Shown here: positions 37,301 to 50,007 of the stretch, piece by piece
Layout of the letters: the number at the start of each line of letters is the position of its first letter
Position numbering within the stretch: position 1 is the first letter of the stretch
NCBI RefSeq assembly: GCF_963676685.1
Contig: NC_092350.1
Coordinates: 38,626,001-38,690,000 of the forward strand
From: Mytilus edulis
Taxonomy: Eukaryota
DNA: 64,000 nucleotides
Direction: 5' to 3'
Made by a program: the position numbers and the translations under genes
Notes under the pieces: model-generated
The model's database searches: none
Seen by the model: the letters and a program-made list of their open reading frames with translations, nothing else
Told to the model about the DNA's origin: nothing

Positions 37301-38643
37301 AAAAAAAAAAGTGTTGCTTGTCAGTTAGTAAACCTGTAACATTGTTTAATGTATTTTACTAAATAAAAAAAATCTTTTCATATAAAAGCTTTGTATTCAA
37401 TTTCTAAATAACTCTTTACCTGGCATAAAAAATTATCAAATGGATCAAAATGTAGTTTTCCTAGTGTGTTCCCATCACTAAACCAAATGTTTAAATGTTG
37501 TCTGTTTAAAACATCAATAATGAAAGGCATCTCCCTTATATCATCTTCTAACTCTGGTAAATGGTTAGGTATTGATGAATACTCTAAATAAGCAGAGACA
37601 TTATTTACTACTCCATCAGAAACTTTTTCTATTAGATCAACCAGTTCAGAAAATTTCATACTAAGAGTGGCTGGACGGACAACAACCAAGTCAGAAAACT
37701 CAAGTTGTTTTTGTACAGCTTCTGGAATTCTAAATGTTTTATAGTTGTCCCACAGCTCTGAGGATTCAACTCCTTCAAATTCTCCTCTTGGTGTTAGTTT
37801 AATGTGAGCTTTGTTATCTCCATATTCTTCACGCAAGAATTTATTTGACCATTTAGTCATAGCAGGCCATGATTCCATAGCTCCTTCAATAATAACTGGT
37901 CTTGATAATTTGAGGTAGTCATGAAAAAAATCATCTTTTGACGGGACTTTTATTCGATCACATTTTGGAATCTCATGTTGTTTTTGGTTGATAGTCTTCT
38001 GAAATGATTTTTGATGATCATGTTTATCATCGCAGATTATATTTTCTTTCTTATTTGTATTTTTGTCACATGATTCATCAACAACTTGCTCTTGAAACAC
38101 ATAATTCGATGTAACGTATGAAATGCTTGATACCGAAAACAAATTCTTCAGAATTTCTTCTCGATGAAGACCTTCATAAGATACACTACCTTTTACTGTT
38201 CGGTACGTACCACAATAGTTATTGATGAAATCTACTAATAAATTGATTGACTTTGAACCTTTGTACACATTCACCTTCGGCATCAAAGGTTTTGCTGGAA
38301 GTAAACATGTTCTATCTACCTTTGATTTTGGAAATAAAACTATATCATTCACTGAAGGATGTTCTCGTTTTATTGTCTGAAGCGTTTGATTATTTTGCCA
38401 CCTAAAGGATTTCAAATTGATGTACCCAAATTGAACAAATGGTTCTGATTGAAAAGAAACTTCAGACAACGACCTCAATAATTGTCCTGTGTCCCCCGGG
38501 AGGAACACGTCATCACTCTCAACAAGAACTGCCAGTAAGCACGAATTTTCTAATAAATGAATTATTTCTCTTGGCTGAAATAGTTTTAGAGCTGAAGATA
38601 TGTAAAAGAGAATTGTGAAAATGTATATGCAATTCGTTGTCAT
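28367..38643 (-). CDS. JmjC (Cupin_8) 2-oxoglutarate/Fe(II) oxygenase with signal peptide and N-terminal thioredoxin-like domain, 543 aa; exons 38643-37420, 35816-35634, 28947-28805, 28448-28367
   Basis: Motifs FFHDYLKLSRPVIIEGAMESWPAMTKW, NIWFSDGNTLGKLHFDPFDNFLCQISGQKQVLLF, SPVD..DFKRFPKF and LNEGDVLFMPSFWWHEVQS..NLAVNYWY give an intact HxD...H triad and 2OG-binding Lys. GT-AG introns with phases 0,0,2; total 1632 nt. JMJD5/JMJD7/TYW5-type fold; exact orthology unresolved. Confidence 0.9.
29027..31007 (+). mobile_element. Second, more diverged copy of the 19307-21622 HINE family, interrupted by a nested HINE at 29772-30490
   Basis: Same 5' aactagaggctct..agagcctgtg and 3' agctcac..ggtgagct. 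The host motif aaattgttaa/aaattgactataaaggg is split by an element ending atacgtcccgtca..tgacggccgtataaaa. Confidence 0.8.
31487..31640 (-). mobile_element. hAT-type transposase C-terminal (dimerisation domain) remnant
   Basis: LLKTYVRLTTNNDGLASLALLHIHRDSCVNIDKVIKKFVSAKTRRADF matches the LKTYLRSTM..ERL..LALL.IHR motif of hAT/ZMYM1-like transposases. Confidence 0.8.
33425..33725. repeat. Dispersed repeat; second copy ~49240-49440
   Basis: Shared gtacca(a/g)tttttctgcaccagat(g/a)cgcatttcgacaa and tacattccttaat. Confidence 0.65.
36639..37203 (-). mobile_element. HINE-like element in reverse orientation within JmjC intron 1
   Basis: Terminal hairpin tatggc..gccata, internal duplicated gatgagttacagatcaagtttaagttttgttccgct, and 5' end aactagatgtgtc on the minus strand. 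Confidence 0.55.
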
Positions 38644-40597
38644 GTTCTTTTCCTGCAAGAAAACATCAAAGTTAAAAATGTTGCCGGTTTTTCATTTTGT
38701 TGACATTCTGCAACAAGGTAGATAACTCTAAATTATAAAAATATCAAAATCGGTCAGGAAAAGTATCAGTGTGAAAATCCGGAAAAAAAACATTCACACA
38801 AAAGAGGCCCTCACAAAAGGTATATTAACAAAATGCCGAACCCAAAGGAAAATTCAAAACGAAAAAGGACTTATCAAATTGAAAAATCAAAAAATCAAAC
38901 ACTTCAAACGAATGGAAAACAACTGTCATATTTTAAATGACTTGGCACAGGCATTTCCCAAATTGTGTAGAAAATGATCCAGTCTCCAAAATAGTTTACC
39001 TCATACTGAGACCTCATATAAAACTTAATTCCAATTAAAGGGCCCATGAAGAGTAAAGTAATATATTACAATGATTTTTATAATTGTTACAATAATGTTG
39101 ACATAAATCATAAATAAAAATTTAACTATTTCAATTCTTAGATGTTAAACCACAGCCAGATCTGAGCCCGATGCACATAAAAAAGGCATACCAACATCTA
39201 TTATTAACAGGCAAATATTCTCAACGTCTTAAATAAAACAATATCTATACTATATTGATAGTTTTCTCAGCTCCAAACATTTATTAATATAAATTGCAAT
39301 ATTTTTAATACCTCTAGGTTTTCTTGAATAAAAAGCCAATTAAATTTGGCACTGACTTGTGCTATCAAATTTTTTACAACCTATTAAAATATTATCATAA
39401 AATTCTTTTCTTAAAAAGTTATAAAGGGGACACTGACATAAAAAATGATCTTCGTCTTCAACTTTATCTAAGGTGCATTTTTTACATAATCTTTGTGATT
39501 TATCTATATAGGTTTTAGCATATCTAGCTGTCTCTACTTTTAGAGGGTGTGCACTTATTCTGATCTTGCACAGTGCTTGTCAGCAGTGCAATCGTGATGT
39601 TTTGTTATTCGCATTGTTTCCATCAAAAATAATTATTCAATTTGAAATATCGTAAAAAGTCTTGTTTTGATCTCCATCAAAGAGCCTTAAAGCATATATC
39701 TACAATTACAATTGCGATTAACACATTGTAGTTTAAGTTAGACCAAATCGACCATAAACCTATTTATTCTTGGATATCATTTATTGTATATAAATTTTTC
39801 CACAAAAAGTCAACTTTAGAAAAAAAGCAATTATGGTATGTTACAGACATGATGAATAGTAACCATTGCCTATTGTTATATTGTTATAAATATGTGGAGA
39901 AACAAAACAAAACATTAGTAATTTGATTATTAGAAATATGAATTTAAGAATGGATGTAATATGGGTATTTCTCATTACACAATCATGGATCATTTGGAGG
40001 TAGGGTCAAACACATTCTATGGTTCAATCATTAGGATGAATTCCAAATTGGTGGAACTATATAGTAAATCTTGAAACATATACAAAACAAACACTTTTGT
40101 GTGGATGATAAAAAAAGGCGGAAAAACTGTCCAGGTGCAATTTGAGTATACCCGCACGGAACCTGCTTAAAAATGAAAAAAAAAAATCATGTGTCCGAAG
40201 CATATTTCTGCATTTATCCTATCAGGAACGGTTGACAGCTTAATATTTAAAAGCAAAGACCCAAGGATTTAAAAGAATAAATAACCGTATTTAAGCATGT
40301 CATCGCATCCTCTAGATGGTTCCGGTCTCCAAAAGTTGTGGCGACCAAAAAATCCAATTTAATCCTTATTGCGGTGAATGCCTGAAGTATCTATTTTGTT
40401 ATTTATGTGGTGTTTTTTTTAACAATTTTTAATGTCACAACATTTCAAGCACCCTTTTCGTTCATTGTTCATTTCAATGTCGAAAATTATTCCCGACTTG
40501 ATCGCATTAATAATTCAGTATTACGTCCAACACTAAACCCTCAACCTCTTTGTAAAACAATTTATGTGTTAAAACTTCAATCCAAGGCTCAATTGTA

Positions 40598-40783
40598 GGG
40601 ATCCGAGGGGTAGGTATTTGGTTGGGATCCGGGGGTATGTATTTGGTTGGGATCCGGGTGTAGGTAATTGGTTGGGATCTGGGAAGAGGTATTTGGTTGG
40701 GATCCGGGGGTACCGTAGGTATTTGGTAGGGATCCGGGGGTAGGTATTGGGTTGGGATCCGGGGGTAGGTATTTGGTTGGGAT
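40598..40783. repeat. 25-bp G-rich minisatellite, ~7.5 copies
   Basis: Unit taggtatttggttgggatccggggg. Confidence 0.92.
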
Positions 40784-41960
40784 TTTCAATGAAAATCATT
40801 ACGCAAATCGATTGTTTTGGATTTTGACAAAAATATCAATACGACCATAAGCAGTTGGGCAAGGTTTTTGTTTGCACTCTTAAGACAATGTCGTAGTATT
40901 CGGCATCAAACCACTACTAGTATATACAAATCGATCCCTGTTTGGTTCTATCAGGGGTACATTAATTGTAAGATACACGTTTTCTCATTTATGAAGTCGA
41001 TCGCTCTTTTTATTCTGGGATATTTTTTTTTTTTTTTTAGATCAAAGAAGATTATGTTGATTCCTTCCTTTTAATCACCCATTATGCCTATAAAATAATT
41101 TGATCTGAATCCCTGAGTCATATATACTTCTATTTTAATTTACAATTACGTACTTGCATACATTAAATCGTGACTCGAGGTTTTGAATGCAGTTTCTGGA
41201 AATTTTCCCGTAAAAAATGATATATTTGTAAGACTTATCAACACTAATTTCAAGAAAAATGTAAGGGAATTAACCGATGATCAATAGACGGCAATAAAAT
41301 AAATGTACACATGCATTTATATATAAATTTACTATTAAAACACATTAAACGTGATTTCATCTGTATTTTTTTATTGCTAATCTGTCTCCATTGAACAAAG
41401 GTTTGTGGCACACATTAAAGATGTATGTGATACGTGTTGGAAAATACTGAAAAAGTCCATTTCATCTTGAAACCACTAAATTCAAAATGTATTAAAATGT
41501 AAGTTTTTTTTAGGGAAAGGTCAAAGTTTTATGTGTTACTAAAAGCATGTGTACAAGGAACGGTAAAGGTTTTCTAGAAAAACTGACATAAGATATCTCT
41601 ATTAAATTAAAAATTTTAAACGAAAAAAGAAACCCGCACAGTTAACCGTCACAGTCGTATTTTGTGCTGGCTCAGCTGCAGCACATCCACAGGATTTAGT
41701 AAATTGACTCCCTACCGAACCTTTTACTTCCATAGAATGATCAATACATTTTACGCATGTCATTCATAGTGAAACTTAATTAACCTCGGGCAAAAATTAC
41801 CTTTACTACTTGATGTATATGACGTAAAAATAATGTTTTTGTGCAATGATTGAAAGTGATCTTATAGGTTATAACACGGAAACCGTACATAAATAAATAA
41901 TCTACGAGATACACAAACTGGGCTTCACATTCCTGGGACCAACGGCAAGCTTACATCAAA

Positions 41961-44900
41961 ATGCTGAATTTATTTTGTACCATCCTTTTGATAGTACCTC
42001 ACATACTAAAAGGTAAGGTGAACAATACACCATTGTGATAGAGCTGAAAATAGAAACTATTTGTCTTATTCAAAATGAAATACGCTGTTATATATATGTA
42101 TGTATTTACAACCTTTCTGTTAAAGTAAAAGTTAAAGTTAATGTTTCAAAAAAGTCAGCCGACAAGACCAAAACTCTAAACATTGCTTGATTTCATTATA
42201 ATTAAACCAGAAGAAAATTTCGCTTTTTAAGATGTAATTAAGCTGCGTAAAATTTAAAGCGACATGCCGCCTTTCCAGGTGCTTGCAAGACAGTAAATTT
42301 TGAACAACTCTACGTGAAGTAACTTATTAAATTGAAAATAAAAATTATCTCGCTGATTTTATTAATTTTACTTATTCAACTACAATGTTAATGTATGTGT
42401 GCAGTAATCCCCCACCCCTTGAAATAAACATTGATTCACTTGCGACATAAAGCTTCTCATACAGCTAGGTTTATCGATTAAGAAGGCTCACTTCTCTTTT
42501 TACGTTAAATTTTCCAATTAAATTTAGTTTGCAGTAAATGCTTAAATTGTTCAAGAAGAAAAAAAACCTATTCATTGTCGCGGTTGTAGGTACTTCTTTA
42601 TACGTTTCACTTGTATAGTCAATATTGGAAAGGTGATAAAAGTCCCAAAAGCGTTATAAAAAATTAAACTGTTACATTTTGTATTCATAAAATAAAATAA
42701 ATTGTTTAGACAATATATTCAAAGGAATGGTCTTGGTTCTAAATGCACGGAACGTTGCTGTTTAATTTAATGTTTTTTGTCATGTTCGAACAACCCCTGC
42801 AAATAAAATTTGTAAATTTGTAACTGAAAAACAAAACCAAACTTCACTTCGACAGAATAGTTGATGTAATTTTTGTTTACCTAGAATTTCACAATATTTA
42901 TTGAAATTATAGATTTTAGTCACCTTTTACCAGTTCTTTGGGTTTAGGACATATTTACTCTATAGATATAACTTCAAAGTATACAAATGAAAGTATAAAG
43001 ATTCCAAGACGTTTTGAAAGTGTATAATATTGGAACACAAACTTGCGAAAAAATTGTAGATTATATCATTTTAAACTTGACAAAATGAAATGGGATAGGA
43101 TAACAAAGCGTCATACTAGTATAACAATTCATTTTAAAAAGGTATGTGAGAACATACGAGGCTTGTGGGACGCCACACAGTGACATTCAAACAATAGTTT
43201 TAGTATACAAATCCTAACATCTATATTTATCATCTTGTTTTGTTATATGACTTACTTATAGACAGTTATTGTATTATATATGCAATAAATTATATTTAGA
43301 TTCACTAATATTATAATTTAACACATGACTGCTGATGTTAACATTGTTCATTGTTTTAAATAAATTATAAATTACTAAATCAATGCTACTCGACGTACTG
43401 TATTTCTAGGGCATGTTTGAACTTTCAATGTACTTTAACCCATTTAAAGAAAATTGTATTTATCTTAAAGATGCAAAACATGTTTTGTAAAAGTAGAAAC
43501 GTCATTTATTCTCTCGTATGTTCAAATTGTAAAGACTTTTTTTTACATGTAATTGATAGACCAAAATGAACTGCGGACTACTGGTCCGAGACCACAATTA
43601 TTTCGTAGTGCATTTCTTTTAGAACATAAATGAAAATAAAAAAAATCCCACCTGCGCTTTCTCAAAGAAACTTTTACAGTGTGTTGTACTACTTTTGGGA
43701 CAAATTATATCAAAATTATAGAAAACGTCATCGCCTCAAACTCAAAATATGGACAATTTTATCTTTAGGGCGTCTTGAAATCTTTTGACAGCTTCCGAAG
43801 TGCTATTTTTCAACCTTTTTTACTTGGACCAAATTACTACTTTCCTTTAAAATTCTGGACCCAAACTTTTTTACAGTGTAATTTCATCCCCCCTACTTGC
43901 AATTTGAGGCATAAAACATGGAGAAATAAATTTGGAAGGGGTATAAAAATTAATGGCAAGTAACCCACTGTCAACACTAGGGACTATATATATACAACGA
44001 AAATCAAGGGACGACAATGGTGGTCTCGGACCTACTGAATGATTGTCAATAGTAGCACACCAACCTTGAAATTTAACTATCATCATAAAATTTTGATTCC
44101 TTGAATATCATTTTCGTTTAATATTAAGTTTTTTTTTAAATTAGAGAATGACATTAATTGTATATATTTGGTGAAAATTATGATGCTTATGATATTGGAT
44201 TTGAGCTGCATGGTATTATAATTTTAATAGATCAAAAGGTTCATTCTGGAATCGTGGATTTTTACTCTAGAACTATAATTTCTAGCAGTGTATTTCCCTT
44301 TTCGAGCAGTTAACCTGCTTCTCGGCAATGAAGTTTAATACAGAGTCAACGCTAGGCGGATTTTAATCCCTTTTGATTTAAAGATTCTATTTGGTTTGTG
44401 TTAATGAAAAAATTATTGATAGCCTTTTGTCTTAAATCACCAAATTCTATTTATACAGCTGGAAATCTTTGTTTATTAATGTTACACATAGCTATATACT
44501 AGTAACTATCTCTCAACATTGTTCTGCACTGCAGCGCATCAGGATTTATACCAGTACACCTGATAGCAGCCCATTTGTAATTAAGAATCAGACTATAGCT
44601 TTTCGAAGTAAGTTTCAAGAAAGTCATATTCTATTATGGTGATAGGTGGATATTTTATATGAAAATTATAAAATTTATATTTCAGGTCAAGAAAACATTA
44701 AAGATGGTAAGATAACAGGTTCGTTACAGATTACATGCCCAAAAATATCTTGTGAACTTCATCACTTTCCACAGGAACACTGCAAAGTTCAGACATTCAT
44801 TATGTACCATGGTGTTAAGTGTCCGAGTTGTGTAGAGGATATTTGTCATGGTTCACAAGTGGTGGCTGATTCACTGATTGGAGATGTCACTCAAGTAAAC

Positions 44901-46449
44901 ATCAACACAGTAGACAACACGAATGCTAACACAGGAAAACTTCAAAAGAAATGGAATAAACCCAGTTATATCAATAGATTAGGTTCTATATTTGGAAAGA
45001 ATCCTAGTGTTGAAAGTCTGAGACATTCTTTGGAGCCAGGAAATGAAAGAACAAGAAATAATCAGCAAATGCAAGGGCAAAGCTTAGTGCCTGTGAATTC
45101 AAAAGGTATATGTTTTGTAAAAAAGATAAAACCTACGTGCATTTCAATTTAAAAAATTTTGTTTTGTAAATTATCGAACCATAAATGCAACAGAAATATT
45201 CTCATTGGTAAAAATAAATATAAGGTATATGTTAAATATTAGGCTGAACAGATACGTTACATTGATCTATGAGGGCCCTCATGGGGTTTTTCATTATGTG
45301 ATTACTTGGCCGTTTTTTTAATGATTATTTGATTATTAAGCCAAATATTTCATGATTATTTGATTACCTAGGACTGTATTTTTAGTTTATGATTATTTGA
45401 TTACTAAAGATAAGCAAATATTTAATGATTATGTGATTATATTGGCAAAAAAATGGTGATTATGTGATTACTAGGACCCCCCATGAGGGGCCTCATCTAT
45501 TGTCGGTTTTGATGTTATTATAATCTCTTTGAATAATTTTTTTATTCGTTTCTCTTTACTTCCAGGTATGGACACGTTACAACCAAAGCCACACATTAAA
45601 TGTCCGGAAATAGAATGTCATCATCACCATCAGCCCAAAGCTCACTGCATGGTTGATTCGTACTTTATATACCATGATGAAAAGTGTAAAGGATGTATCG
45701 AGGATATTTGCCTCGGTTCACATATTGTGGATGAGAACTTGATAGGTAAAAATAAAAGTCAAAATTTATCAAAACCTGAAACACTACATCTTACGAATCA
45801 AGGAGTTGGAAACAGAATGACATCTGGAAATTGGAAATCAGGAAACTCACAGCCTTCATTGATAGAAAGACACAGGCATGGCAGTAATGGACAAACACAC
45901 CAAGAACCACATCATACTAACCATCATCAAGAAGACAGAATATCTGGAAATTGGAGATCAGGACACTCCCAGCCTCTAGTGTCTGAGAGACATATTCAAA
46001 ATCGAAACGGACAAATAAATCAGGAACATTTGATCTCCAACCAAGGAACTAGAGGCAGAATATTGTCCAGTGATTGGAGATCACGAAACCCTCAGCCTCT
46101 TGTGACAGAGAGAACTGTCCAAAACAGTAATGGACAATTAGATTTGCCTGGAAATCCATTTTTCAGCGGAGGAGCACATACTAACTTTAGAAATAAACTC
46201 CTTGGTGTACAAACAAATGAACCTGTCAATTCAAGACAAGGATTTGGTAAAAACTCGAATCCTAATTCATCTGTAAATATTCCAGCAAGTTTACCAAACG
46301 GACAAAATACAAAAAATAAGGAAGAAAGCATAGTTGTTGTAGACCAAAATCAATCTACCTTCACCAGAAAGGATCGGGGGATAGGGAGATTTAGAGGCAA
46401 GGGGAGATCATATCTACAAAGCTTGTTTCACCCGGCATTTACTGGTTAA
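41961..46449 (+). CDS. Secreted protein A, 451 aa, with two 6-Cys/His-rich modules and an N/Q/R/H-rich repetitive tail; exons 41961-42012, 44686-45105, 45566-46449
   Basis: Leader exon MLNLFCTILLIVPHILK-G|gtaagg (phase 1) joins ttcag|GTCAAGAA; exon 2 ends AAAG|gtatat; exon 3 starts ttccag|GTATG. Exons 2 and 3 each encode C-x4-C-x9-C-x12-C-x2-C-x4-C. Confidence 0.85.
43583..44032. mobile_element. MITE with 13-bp TIRs and a 4-bp TSD (TACT) in intron 1 of gene A
   Basis: tact|ggtccgagaccac ... gtggtctcggacc|tact. Confidence 0.85.
45271..45494. mobile_element. MITE with a 6-bp TSD (ATCTAT) in intron 2 of gene A
   Basis: atctat|gagggccctcatgggg ... ccccatgaggggcctc|atctat; internal gattatttgatta repeats. 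Confidence 0.88.
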
Positions 46450-48048
46450 TATTTATAATGCTCATTATGTAGTTGTATTTCTACTTTGCGTAGAAGTGTA
46501 ACTATTATATTTAGATCGCTGAAAATCCAATTCGTTCTCATGTATTACACAGATTTTATTATTTATGATGTATATGTCAAAAATTGGGGTCATTTTTTAT
46601 TCGACTACTTAAAAAAATTATTAACCATTAAATTTTGTAAATTGAATCGAAATATACCATATATATTTAATTGGTTGCAATAGGAGGCCCGAATGTATAA
46701 ATATTATTGGATGTAATATATCCAAGCCATAATTATTCATGCCAACTATATTATAAACTCTTTACAAAGCTTATTAACGAGTTGAATGCTATCAATATCA
46801 AAACAAACCTTGTCTTTTATATGGATATTATTCATTTAGATTTAGTTTAAACAATATTTTATTTTCAAAAAGTGCACGAAATATAATTATACAATATAAA
46901 TACAGGGATTCGGAAACAAGAAAAACTTATATAAATCCGTCTCCCTTAAGATTTGGTTTCAGGTAACCTTTTTTTGTTTGTTTAACCTAGATGTTCAAGT
47001 CAATGTCGTTCGGTTTAAGTTACATTGTTGGTGATATTATATTTTCATATTTGTTTAATGTGTCTTCCAATTTTTAAACACATGTCTGTAGCACTTACAT
47101 TATAGGAACATAACAGGCTTAATTTTTCAGAACAGTGTAATATTTATGTTTTAAATATTAGACATTCTTGCTGGCATTTAACAGTTTGCTTCTTGCTTCT
47201 TGCTTCCCATTTACTCGCAATTTTGATATCTTTTTTGGTCATTGACTAGAGATGAATCCTGTCTTTTTTTTCATTTTGAGAGATTAGAGTGAGGGTAACT
47301 TAATAAGGTTACACAAAAAGAGTTCATTCAGATTATTTATAAGCAATAGCTGAAGTCTATGCCTACTATATATTAGAACTTATTATTTGTTGTATTTTTG
47401 CGAGCACTACCAAAATGAAGGTTCGTTTTAAGTGATGTCTGAGTATTGCAGTAACAATCAAAAGCAAGTTAAGTATACTTTTTTGTGACTTGCATTGCTG
47501 TCATTATGCGGCACACTTTCATGTTTGTGTGAGACATTTCTTGAGTACTCTTGTTAAGATGTAAATTTAATGTATTTTGATAAAGACTGTCCGCTGTTAA
47601 AATTCGGACTTAGGAGTGAATAGAGCAGTCAAACAACAAATCTTATGCAAACATCTATTTGTTATAATAATAGAAACTATCAGTATTCTTATTACTACAC
47701 TAAAACATCAACGAAACAGACAAAATGAGGTCGAAACTCGAGCCAAAAAGGCATTTTTTTTTATCCATGTTACCATAAAAGCAGGTATGCCGGATAACTC
47801 AGAACGTTAGAAAAACCAAGAACGCCTCAAACGTACGTAAATGCTGGTGCATGGTAGTAACACTTGCTATAACAGCTGACATGTACAACATGTTTTAAGA
47901 AAAATATTAACCGCATAATTCTTTTCACATACTTAATATTATACTTGGAAAATTGCAAAAAACAAACAAATTGTACAGCAATCTAATGAGGAGTTGATAC
48001 AAGACATATGTTAAGACATGTGATTCATACCATACATTTTTTACTTAA

Positions 48049-48413
48049 GGATGTTCGCTCCTGTTTGAAAAAGAAGCTTTTTTAAAAGATTATTGTTAAT
48101 TGTTAATTGATAATATCAAAATAACGGAAACTAAAATAAAAAATGAAAGGTCTGTGTCCTCGTATTTGAGGTATGATTAATTGAAAATTTGGCGGTAAAT
48201 GATTCACCCGGGATTTTTCATTCATTCAACACTGGTACATTTATTATCTTCCAAAAACTATGGAAAAATAACTAGGATTTTTATAAGATTTGAAAAAAAA
48301 TCGGGTGAACAAAATAAAATTGTACAGAGAAAAGAAAGGGGTTAGCCGGCCAAATTTTAATGCCACTTCATGGATAACTAAAACTAAACTAAAAAAAAAA
48401 GTAGCGAACATCT
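48049..48413. mobile_element. TTAA-flanked MITE (Kolobok/piggyBac-type)
   Basis: ttaa|ggatgttcgct ... agcgaacatct|ttaa. Confidence 0.7.
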
Positions 48414-49590
48414 TTAAATATATATTCTTCAGGTCTTGACTCCAACCACATCATATTTGAATGGTGGTTTTGTTTTCTCTTAATCGATTTATAACTTGTG
48501 AACACTGTTACTGTTGTCTTTATATAAACCAAAATTCAGCTGCGGTACTTACTATCTCTCTTACTAAGAAAGATATAGTACATTCAACAACAAAGGAATT
48601 TATCATTTAACCAAAAAAGAACCAACCAGTGTTGCTAAATTGTGAAATGATATATCAGAAAATATGTTATTCATGTTCAGCTGAGAATTGATTCCAGAAC
48701 ATACTGCCAATTTAATTCCGGTATTATATGAACAAATTTGCGATACGATTTAGTTAAGAGCTGACCGAAATTCTAGAATTGACCGAAAGGCAGGGCGTTG
48801 CATTATATACATGTTAACGTTGATTTGAATAAAATATAAACACAGAAAATGTGTATATAAGCAAATATACTTTTGAAGAAATTCGGTAAATTAACGATCA
48901 TTGTTCACTTGCATTCATATACATTTCTGTTTACACGCACATTTTTCATCTGAACGTATTGATGCATACATATATATGTTGGCATACATTGACACATGTG
49001 TGCATTTGAGCAAGAAATGAATGAATTGTTGTCTATATTTTTGCCTCAACTATTATTGTTGTAATGTCTCACTGCTTATCAAAAACACCCTTTTATCCTT
49101 TTAACAAAGATTGTAAAAATGTAAAATTGATTCTGAATTATGAATTCGCTTTAACATTTATCACCATGAACTGAGAGCTTGAAGCAAATCCTTCTTAATT
49201 TTCGAATCTTCACACTTCAACGGTCATTCAACAATAACAAAAACTGTACCAGTTTTTCTGCACCAGATACGCATTTCGACAATCAATGTCCCTTCAAAGA
49301 TGATCGGTGCTAAAATATTTAAAAATCCAAAGCTTATTAAAAGGGAGAAGAGAAATAACCCAAAATGGAAAACAAATGTGTAGCCAAAACAGGCCAAATA
49401 AGACGACCTTGGCACGAGAGAGAGGTACATTCCTTAATCTTAAAGTTACAGAAAATCGGGGTTTTCAGGTACAATAAATTAGTACGAATTAAGAATAATA
49501 ATTGACACTAGCAGTACAATGCATTTTGATATGTATTTAAATACTAATCCTGGTTTGCAATCAATGGCGTGAAGGATATGATATTGCAAC

Positions 49591-50007
49591 TTGATCGGAT
49601 GTGTCTTGAATATCTGCCTATATAATTTTTCTGGCGATAATGATGTAAAGCATGTTCACAACAAACCTGATTACAAATTTCTGGAAGCCATGAAAATGCT
49701 CCAAAAATATCATACAGTACCAGATTGTGTTAGTATAGATAAGTATTTAGTAAACAGGAGGTTAGGGATTGATATATCTGAAAACGAATCACTACGTATG
49801 TGCACTTGCATGTATGAAGCTGGATTCCAAATATTAGAAATTTCTGATTTACAATTTCTGAGAGAAACCCGAAGTCGCTGTCATGCATGGTCATTATGTG
49901 CCAGAATAGAAAAGAAGTTGAGGATCGATGATCTGAAACCACTTAACAATGTAAAGCTTGTTCACTTGAAGCCTGACGAAAAAATATCGGACAGGTCTGA
50001 TCTGTAG
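49591..50007 (+). pseudogene. Possible orphan exon or decayed coding fragment (138 codons)
   Basis: Protein-like composition. No ATG at the ORF start (TTG); upstream frames are broken by stops and shifts; no family recognised. Confidence 0.25.

Noticed and set aside
40569-40799. Pro/Thr-rich repeat ORFs (PTPGSQPNTY...)
   Set aside because: Translation of a 25-bp non-triplet minisatellite.
44459-44607. Open, AG/GT-bounded segment in frame with gene A exon 2 (WKSLFINVTHSYILVTISQHCSA...)
   Set aside because: Needs a phase-2 upstream exon and has no in-frame ATG; the 41961-42012 leader fits better. It could still be a minor alternative exon.
47616-47810. ORF with a phase-1 donor (GCAG|gtatgc) as a candidate leader for paralog B
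   Set aside because: No ATG before the donor in that frame, an in-frame stop just upstream, and no similarity to A's leader.
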